NCBI RefSeq assembly: GCF_032062105.1
Contig: NW_026931531.1
Span: 372,001-436,000 of the forward strand
Length of the DNA stretch: 64,000 bases
From: Saccostrea cucullata
Lineage: Eukaryota
Direction of reading: 5' to 3'
Shown: piece by piece, positions 51,765 to 61,301 of the stretch
How the letters are laid out: every line of letters begins with the position of its first letter
Numbering within the stretch: the first letter of the stretch is position 1
The notes under the pieces: generated by a model
Told to the model about the DNA's origin: nothing
What the model saw: only the letters and a program-made list of their open reading frames with translations
The model's database searches: none
Program-made: the position numbers and the translations under genes

Positions 51765-52290
51765 AGAGAGCTTATAAATGCGAAAGTAAGTTGTCTGTCG
51801 TCCGTCCGTCTGTCTGTCTGTAATCATTTTATTTTTCAAAATGCTACTCCTCCTACGGTTTTAGTCAGATTTTAATATAACTTGGCACACAAGTAGATTA
51901 CACTGAGATACCTAATTCTAAATATTGGTTTTGATTTCGATGCCATGATTACAGAAATTTCTTTGAAATATTTTCAAAATTCTACTCATCTCAAAGTTTT
52001 GGTCTTATATCAATATGACTTGGAACACAAGTAGACTTTACTAAGATACATAATTCTTCGTATTAATGTTGTTGCCATGGTTACTAAAAATATAAATTAT
52101 TTTGAAATATTTTCAAAATGCTATTCTTCCTATAGTTTTGTTCTGATTCAATATATCAAGAAAACAACTAAAGCAATGATCAATTTTTAATGTATTGCTG
52201 TTGCAAATTTTCAATTTGAAATGGTACTTTATTATCTCCTTAGTTATAAGAATATACCAGTAGAGCTACACCTCGTGAAACTCAGTTATA
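51765..52290 (+). mobile_element. HINE-like element, duplicated at 58107-58626 as part of a segmental duplication
   Basis: (GTCC/GTCT)n head, ~125-bp internal repeats (CTTGGCACACAAGTAGA..CACTAAGATAC), and a shared 3' end ATACCAGTAGAGCTACACCTC..GAAACTC.GTT. Confidence 0.65.
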
Positions 52291-52602
52291 ACATACAGAA
52301 TTCGATAAGGCGGGAATAGATTCTCGTTATCTTAATTAAAATAGCAAGAAACACATTATAGGTGTTTAAAATTGAAAAAAATAATTTCTCATGTAAAACA
52401 TGCTACACTTTGTATCTTTCACTCATGTCGATTCATTCGGACCGCCTTTTGCACAGTACCAAGTCTCATGATATTTTTAAAAAGTTTCCAACATATTAAC
52501 TTATCTTATGCATCCAATAAACGTGGAAGGGCGAAATGTAATGATAATTTTGTTGGGCATGTACTCCAGGGTTATTCCTATCCTAAACTCAACCCAGCGA
52601 CC

Positions 52603-54397
52603 CAAGTTCATTTATTCACTCAAACCATTTAAAGTATATGGTACATGAGGACAATGAAAAATATTTACAGCATATATACATTCTGGTCAGAGGTATAAGT
52701 ATATGATATATATAATAAGACAATGAAGTGGAGAAGAAAATGAAGAGAAAAAAAATGGAAAAAGGGAGGGAAAAAAACACGTAATAATGAAATGTGAGGA
52801 AAACAATTATGGAGGGCAGACTAAATCATATATTTTTAATATAAACGTACAGAGTTTTTTAAGTGTCATATCATCTTGTTTTGTCATCAGTTGAGAAAAT
52901 TTAAGAACATTTGGTCTAGTAAAGTAGTATTCATTAATATACTTTTTCCTTATGTTTGACAGTGCAGTACATTCAAGCATAAAATGAAATTCATCAGCAA
53001 TTTGTTTAGCATTACAAAGTGTACATAATCTTTCACTTAATGGTATTGATGCCCATCTTCCCAGCTCAACTGGTAGATGGTGATTAGTAGTACGAAATTT
53101 GGCAAGTATTTTCCTTAATTTTAATGACAGAGTACTTAAATACTTTTCACACTCAAAATTTGTTTTAAAAATTTTATACAAAGTACCTTTGGAAGAACTG
53201 TTAATATCAGAATGCCATTTTTGTATAAATTGATCTTGTAATCTTTGTTTAACAACAGTAGTAACCCAGTCTTGATTAGGATTATGATAAAACTGTTCAT
53301 TCCAGATATAAGAAAGTCCACATGATTCAAAAATACGATTAACACAGTCAATCCAAGGGTTCTTACCAATTTCAGATTGTGAGTTAGCAATTAAAAATTG
53401 ATACAATATACATGAAATTTTCTTATCTGTGCTATTCAATAATTTACACCAGTATGAGACTATTCTTGAATAAATAAGGACAGATAATGGAAAACGTCCT
53501 GTTTCACCATAAACCATATAATTCGGGGTACTACTTTTCAAATATAGAATATGTTTCAAAAATTTTAAATGAACACGTTCAATAATATCTAAGTTTTCAA
53601 AACCCCAGATTTCACAACCATAAAGTAACACTGGTAAAACCATTTTATCGAACAGATCAAGTTGACATTCTACAGGGAGGTTAAATTGTCTTATTTTTCT
53701 GATAACACCATACATAGCTATTTGGGCTTGGTCACAGAGATGTTTCTTGGCTTTTAGAAAGGAGCCAGATCTTGAAAATATGATACCAAGATATTTAAAT
53801 TCTTTGACAGTTTCTAGAATCTTGTTATTATAGTAAAAAACTCTTTTGTTTAAAGGGCCTTTAGAAAAAATTAATAGTTTGGTCTTCTCTATATTTACTT
53901 GTAATTTCCACTCTGAGCAGTAGCTTTCAAATTCATTCAAAGCATTTTGTAGATCATCAGGAGTTTCTGCTAAAATGACAGTATCATCGGCATATAAAAG
54001 TATAAGAAGTTTCAAATACACACATAAATCATTTTCTATAGAAGTCGTAAGGCTTTGTAAACCAATTATATTTCTATCAACAAGATAATTCTCTAGGTCA
54101 TTAATATACAACAGATAAGTTTTCACCTTGTCGTACTCCGACATTACAAAAGAAAAAATCGGTTGTATTGCCGTTCATCTTTATAAGTGATTTAATACCC
54201 TGATACATATTTGTAATATACGTGAAGCATTTGCCTTTAATTCCATAATTTAAAAGTTTACTCCAGAGACCGTTTCTCCAAACAGTGTCAAACGCTTGCT
54301 TGAAATCTATAAAAGCACTAAAAAGTTTTTTCTTACACTTCATCAGTGTGTTTGATAAAAAATGTAAAGTCAGAATATGGTCTAGAGTAGAATGTTC
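52603..54397 (-). mobile_element. 5'-truncated non-LTR retrotransposon (LINE, RTE-X/CR1-group-like) reverse transcriptase, one frameshift near 54110
   Basis: FIDFKQAFDTV, GVRQGENLS, LLYADD, FKYLGI and C-terminal RLCTLC..DEFHFMLEC; the 445-aa ORF is uninterrupted; AATAAA lies near the 3' end. Confidence 0.92.
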
Positions 54398-55497
54398 TCA
54401 ACTAGATTTGGAACTGAATGTTCAAATAAGCTATTCTGTAAATGTAGTAATTGGGCAGACAAGGTACAAATTAAGGACTGAGCTATTAATAAGATTCTGA
54501 ATCTCGCCAAATAGTGCATACATGTATTGTATGTAATTTATGTCGGTTCAGTGAATTTCTACGATTGTGATTAACTTAATGTCTTATTCTAACTTTATCT
54601 ACATCTCGCACACAGATATGATAAAAAAAAAATTAAGATTAGAAAATTGCAAACGTTTGTAGTTGTTAAAAAATATTTTTCAAAAGAAGAAATCATAAGT
54701 AAATTTTTTAAAGTAATTTTAAGCCCAAATTACTAAATTACTAAAATAAAATTACTATGAAGAGTTTATACTGATATATCGCATCATATAAAAATGAAAG
54801 GAATATTTGTAGTTGATAAAATGTCGTCGAAACACCTAAATATTGAATTATTGACCCGGCAAAGCTGGAGGTATGTATGTACCCGCAAGTACATATCCAA
54901 ATTTAAGTTTAAATATTTGATTGATAAATTGTTTCAACATTTTTTTTCACAAAAGAAACATTTCATTTATCTCTAATAATAAAAAAAAAACATCCATCAG
55001 TTCTTGATGTTTTATTGAGGCGTGTGATGTAAACATTTTCTTTCCTGTACAAAAGATATAATGGCATTATTGAATACATGTATACTTTCCAAACAATGAT
55101 TAGAATAAAATTATTCAACGAAAACAATGAAAAGAAAATCATGCATTTCACATAATTGATAATATTATTTCAAGTTAAAAAAAGGATTTTTCAAGTAATT
55201 GAAAATTACTTGATCCACATAACGCATTAATTTTGCCGGATGGCGTCAAGTTATCAAATGGTATTGCGATCATCGTAGTTTTGGTAAATTCAGTGCAGTA
55301 ATATTCAATGCATTGAAACGTTTAAATGTCGTTAAATACTGTAAAACTGATTTTTGATTCTTCATTCGGAAAAAAAGTTATATTTGAATGATGTCTCTGT
55401 AGTTATTTCCGAGGCCCATTTCCTTTCTACAGCGTAGACAGTGCTGCGACCAAATCCCCTCAAGGTCTTTTATAAACCCTTTCCTCTGAAATCTTCT

Positions 55498-57243
55498 CTA
55501 ATACTTTCCATGATATTTCCTCCAAATTATAAGCCTCTGATATCTTCTCCAATACCTCCTCCTCCTATGAAATCTTCTGTTAAACCGTATCCTTTGGAAT
55601 CTTCTTCCATACCAGTTGCTGTTCTGTTGTTGTGCCTCCTCAACTCCTACAGTAAAGTAATCAGTAATAATCAGTTATTTTACATGTAAAATAATGAAAT
55701 TAATAAGAACAAAACTGTTTTAACTTTTTAATCATTATAAAAAAAAATCTTTCCCTTTATTTCACAAATATATAATTTCTTCTTCGAAACGTTCTACTTT
55801 GATTGAAATCTTTCATTTCAGGAAGTAATTGTATGTTGTCAAGAAAAAAAAAATCAAAGTCTATGAATATTTATCATAGAATTTTTTTTGCATTTATGAT
55901 CATGGAAGTACTATAGGTATACTTTAAAAACTTTCTTTACATTTTAAGGGCTTTGGCGGGGACAACGATGCGCTAATTCATAAATACCGCAAAAAAATAT
56001 TGATACAATATACAGCGCATTAGGGTGTAGTGCTAATTCATGAATGCGCCTACAACTCAAAACCAAGTGTTTGCGCTAAATTTGAATTCGCCGATTTATG
56101 AACAAGTTTAGTATCTTTTCTAACCGTCAACTAAAAAAAAAAAATGTTTTAGTACATGTTCGGAATCTTCGCCTAACCTCTGAAAAAAAAAATTCTTCTC
56201 GTGTATTATCACATAACAATAAATATATAGGCAAATTTTGATCAATCGTTACATACTTGTTTCTTTAAATTGTGTGTATTTTGTCTGGCCAAAGTGATTT
56301 TGAAATTATGAAACTAATTGTTCCATAACATCTTTGAAACAGGGTTAAAGTCAAAAGTAATCTGATATCACATTTAATGTGTTGGGAGCGCCATTGTCGA
56401 ACAGTTTCATGGTGATCAAGTTTGAGATGTCCAAAGTTACATTTACATCTGCTCACAATTTTGCGCTTATTCATTATTAATGCATTGAGATAGACATGTC
56501 TATAGAGTTTCACGTGTTTTTTTTTTCATATAATTTGATTCAAATAAAAAATTCAGTTAAAAAATAAAAAATATTAATTACAACGATCAGAGGCCAGAGC
56601 GCAAAAGCTTGCAAGGGAATCGAAAAACCGGTAGCGATTAAATTATGAGAGTTTAAAAGGTACTTTGGTAAAATAATTTGTAAATTGGTAAAATAAATAT
56701 TTTTCGTCACGAAAATATAACAGCTGTTGTACAAGAGTTCATTCAGAAACGTTATATGTCGAAATTAAAATACAAAACATTGTACTTTCTATCAAAAGGC
56801 TTTGATGGATTTATAATTCAAACATGAAGTCACATGATATGAAGTGTCTAACTTGACCACCTACCCGGAATACACATGCTCTCCCCCAGGTCCGGAATCT
56901 CTTCACATATCTCCAGGTCGTCACAGTCACTGTCGAAAGAGCAGCTTTTGAGAGGCGGAGGTTGGGGTACGTCATTTTCTGCCGAATCTGAATGGTTTGT
57001 GACATATAAGTGTCGCTATTAGGTAAAACATTTGAATGCTATGTTTGAATACTTGTTACTGATAACACTAGCAAGTCCTTAGAGCATCTCTTTGTTCAGT
57101 GTAATCAAACATTATAAAGACACAGATGTAGTTATGTTAACAGATATATAACAAAAGTCTTGTATGAGACTTATTATCTTACCTTTTCCTGCCAGACCCA
57201 ACCCAACAATCACAAGGATAAGGAAAATCTGTAGATACTTCAT
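55498..57243 (-). CDS. Secreted prepropeptide, copy A (110 aa): signal peptide, anionic 4-Cys domain, Arg/aromatic cationic tail. Exons 57183-57243, 56865-56987, 55498-55646
   Basis: MKYLQIFLILVIVGLGLAGK|DSAENDVPQPPPLKSCSFDSDCDDLEICEEIPDLGESMCIP|GVEEAQQQNSNWYGRRFQRIRFNRRFHRRRRYWRRYQRLIIWRKYHGKY*. Phase-1 GT-AG introns; differences from copy B are mostly synonymous. Confidence 0.85.
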
Positions 57244-58813
57244 GGTGGTTACTTTTGTCTCATCTGATGAAAAATTACTGAATTCCTTTTTATATATTTA
57301 GGGACATGGTATTTGAGGTCATACCGACGTAAATATAGCACACAAGTTGTTTATATTATTGTCTATTGTACAACAACATCCGCTCACCAATTCGGATTTA
57401 ATTTATTGTGCATGGAGTAAAATCCTTCTAAACCAATGCCATATGCTCGTTTCTGTAATTTCCTTAACTTTGATAGATTCTAAGGAAAATAAGTTTAACT
57501 GTACTAAAGCGGATTCTGCATTGCAGAACCACGAAAGGTAAAAATGAGATCCTGAAAGTAATATAAGGTTCGTGAGTTCAAGACGTATAAGTAAATAATA
57601 CGTAGAAACTTGCAGCTTCTTATGAAATATCATGAAAAACATTTTTTTAAATATATTTTTTTTTTCTTTCCTTTTTCATTTTAGCATTTAATTTATTTTT
57701 ATAAAAAGATCCATTTATCTTCATTTTTTAAAAAAAAATATACCGGTATGATGCAAAAAGGCTCTGTTATTTAACAGATTCTAGGAGGACAGCAGCAATT
57801 GGCCCCCGAAACCACAGATCATATAGAAACTGGTTTCTAAAACCTACATGAGAGTTTTTCAATACGACAGTCAATTTAATTTTTATATCAACATTCGATT
57901 GATTGTGTTTAGAATCAAAATCTGTGATGACTTTAACTTTCAATCGTACGTTTGACTCAATGACCTTGTCAGCAAATACACATGAACAATCTGAGAATTT
58001 TCATACTAATTGTTTGGTCATTATGTACATACTGAGTTGTCGACGGGTTTTTCCAAAATTAGCAAATTTTCCGAAATTATCAAAATTATTTAAATTATCA
58101 AAAATACTAGTCCGAGACCAGAAGAGCTTATGCAAAAGTAATGGGTCCGTCGTCCGTCCGTCTTTTTGTCTGTACACATTTTTTTTTCAAAATGCTAATC
58201 CGCTTACGGTTTAGGTCTGATTTTAATATTACTTGGCACACAAGTAGACTACACTAAGATACTAATTACTGGGTTTCGATGAACGGTATTGCCACGTTTA
58301 CTAGAAATTTCTTTGAAATTTTTTCAAAATTCTACTCTTACAGTTTTGATCTTATTTCAATATCTTGCAACACAACTAAACTACACTAAGACACATAATT
58401 CTTTGTATCTGTTGCCATGGTTACTAAAAATATAAATTTCTTTGAAATATTTTCAAAATGCTATTCCTCCTACTGCTTTGGTCTGATTTCAATATATCTT
58501 GCCAAGAAAATGACTAAACCAATGATTAATTTATTGCTGTTGCAAAGTTTCAAGTTCAAATGCTACTTCATCTCTCCTTAGTTATAAGAAAATACCAGTA
58601 GAGCTACACCTCTTGAAACTCTGTTATAACATACAAAATTTGATAAGGCGGGAATACATTCTCATTATCTTAATTAAGATAACAAGAAACACATTATAGG
58701 TGTATAAAGTTGAAAAAAAGAACGACTTCATTTCTCATGTAAAACATTTCACATTTTGTATGCTGTTTAACTTTCACCTCGAGTCGATTCAATGCCCCTT
58801 TTTGCACAGTACC

Positions 58814-59395
58814 AAAGAAGAAGGTACAGTTTCAATACAAATAAAGCCCTATATTTTTCTAAAATATGAAAGTGATAGAAGAAATTAAAATTAATTCTTT
58901 TTGAATCATAGGAATCTCTGCAGTAAGAATACACAAATGGTTTTCCTCATATGACCTCCTAAATGCCAATTGTGACGTCATTAACTTGTGCATTTTCCCG
59001 TATTTTCTTAAAAAGTTGCAGAAGACCTCAATTTTCAGGGAATTTTCTTTCAAAAAACATACTCTGCCACCGTCGCCCGGAAAGATTTTGAGATAAGTGA
59101 TTTTTCATAGCAGTTCACATAATATATCCAAAAATTAAAGTGGGCGACGGTGGCAGACACTATTTTCTAAAGGAAAATTAGTAGAAAAACGAGTCATTTT
59201 GAAGCTTTTCTGCATTAAACTTAAAAATGTACCAAAGTAATGACGTCATATTTCAAGAAAGGCTCTTCTTCATGTCATATTCTTTAATGATTTATCATAT
59301 TCATCTACTCAACTATTGTTAAAGCCAATTTCATAACTTTTTAAGAACATTGAATTTTTAGGGCACAATAAAGCTCAAACCGTACCGTCTTCTTT
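58814..59395. mobile_element. MITE with AAAGAAG..CTTCTTT termini and an internal 16-bp inverted repeat, in the spacer between copies A and B
   Basis: AAAGAAGAAGGTACAGTTT / AAACCGTACCGTCTTCTTT; TCTGCCACCGTCGCCC / GGGCGACGGTGGCAGA. The element is absent from the paralogous site at ~52460. Confidence 0.8.
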
Positions 59396-59843
59396 CATGA
59401 TACTTTTAAAAAGTTTCCGACATATTAACTTATTTTATGCATAAAAAAATGATGAAGGGTATTTAATGATATTTTGTTGGGCATGTGCTAGAGGTTTATC
59501 CCTATCCTAAACTCAACCCAACCACCCACCACCCTCAACTAGATTTAAAACTGAATGCTCAAGTAAGCTTTTCTGATAAATATCTCTGCCAGTGTTTTGC
59601 ATTTGTCGTTTAAAGTTTATCTATTTATCAATGTTACGGAAATGAATGGCATTGGTTTGGAAGGATTTTACTCCATGCACAATAATTTAATTCCGAAATT
59701 GTGAGAGGATGTTGTTGTGCATTAGACAATAATATCAACAACTCGTGCTATATTTACAATCTAAATGACCTCAAAAACCTCGTCTCAAAGACATAAAAAG
59801 GGAATTCAGTAATTTTTCATTAGATGTGACAAAAGTAACCACC

Positions 59844-61301
59844 ATGAAGTATCTACAGATTTTCCTTATCCTTGTGATTGTTGGGTTGGGTATGGCAGGA
59901 AAAGGTAAGATAATAAGTCTCATACGACTTTTGTTATATATCTGTTAATATAACTACATCTGTGTCTTTATAATGTTTGAATACACTGAATAAGAGATGA
60001 TTTGCGGACTTGCTAGTATTATCAGTAACAGGTATTAAAACTTACAGCATTCAAATGTTTTAACCTAACAGTGACACTTATATTTCACAAACCATTCAGA
60101 TTCGGCAGAAAATGACGTATCCCAACCTCCGCCTCTCAAAAGCTGCTCTGACGACAGCGACTGTGACGACCTAGAGATATGTGAAGAGATTCCGGACCTG
60201 GGGGAGAGCATGTGTATCCCAGGTAGGTGGTCAAGTTAGACACTTCATATCATGTGACTTCATGTTTGAATTATAAATCCGTCAAAGCCACTTGATAGAA
60301 AGTACAATGTTTTGACATTTTAATTTCGACATAAAACTTTTCTGAATGAAGTCTCATAAAAGATTTTAAAAATTTATTTCTTGAAGAAAATATCAATTTT
60401 TAAAATCAGAGGGAAAAAAGCTCTAAATCTCTAATAATTTAATAGCTACCGGTTTTAAAATCCTCTTGCAAACTTTTGCACGCTGACCTTCTAAAACTAG
60501 TAGTTTAAATGTTAATTGATTTTTTCAATTTTGATTGTATTATTTTAAAAAAACCCACATGAAACTCTATAACACGTGTCTACTCGATCAGTTAAATGAA
60601 TTAGCGCAAAAATGTGAGTAGATATAATTGTAACTTTGGAGAATTCCATATTTGAGCTAAATGTACTTATCACCTTAAAACTGTCCAATATGGGCACTCT
60701 AAACACATTTAAGTGATATTAGATAACTTTACACTTAGTTTCATCTTTTCAAAACCACTTTAGACAGACAATATATACACACAACACGGTCATGCACGCC
60801 AAGAAATATTTTCAAGAGGTTAAGCGATGATTCCGATCATGTACTAAATCAATTTTTTTTAGGTTGACGGCTAGCAATCAAGTGTAAAATAGGTCCCTGA
60901 TCTGTGATTCCCCATCAAAAATGCTCAAATTTTCAAACATACATTTTTCTTTAACAAATCGTCGAATCCTTTGAATTTGAATTTGCTGTCTTTGCAATCT
61001 ATAATCACTTGCTGAAATGAAGGATTACATGTTACAATCAAAGCAGAATATTCGAAAAGAAGTGGAATAACTGTAAAATAGAGGGAGATAATTTTTTATA
61101 ATAATTTTAACAGTTCTATTCTTATTAAGACTGTACATGTAAATATTTACTGTAGGAGTCGAGGAGGCACAACAACAGAACAGCAACTGGTATGGAAGAA
61201 GATTCCAAAGGATAAGGTTTAACAGAAGATTTCAGAGGAGGAGGTATTGGAGAAGATATCAGAGGCTTATAATTTGGAGAAAATATCATGGAAAGTATTA
61301 G
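59844..61301 (+). CDS. Secreted prepropeptide, copy B (109 aa): signal peptide, anionic 4-Cys domain, Arg/aromatic cationic tail. Exons 59844-59904, 60100-60222, 61156-61301
   Basis: MKYLQIFLILVIVGLGMAGK|DSAENDVSQPPPLKSCSDDSDCDDLEICEEIPDLGESMCIP|GVEEAQQQNSNWYGRRFQRIRFNRRFQRRRYWRRYQRLIIWRKYHGKY*. Good Kozak context ACCACCATGA; phase-1 GT-AG introns. Confidence 0.85.

Noticed and set aside
55441-55689. Pro/Ser-rich plus-strand ORF (and 49444-49632) as the real gene
   Set aside because: It is the antisense shadow of the cationic exon. Splice sites, linkage to the signal-peptide exon and synonymous substitutions all support the opposite strand.
56811-57005. 64-aa ORF MSQTIQIRQK... from the ORF track
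   Set aside because: It is the wrong frame of the Cys exon; the phase-1 spliced frame gives the conserved 4-Cys module.
61189-61301. Protamine / sperm nuclear basic protein or mussel foot protein-3 identity for the Arg-rich tail
   Set aside because: The signal peptide and disulfide pro-domain argue against a nuclear protamine. The tail lacks the Gly/Asn richness of mfp-3, so there is only compositional resemblance.
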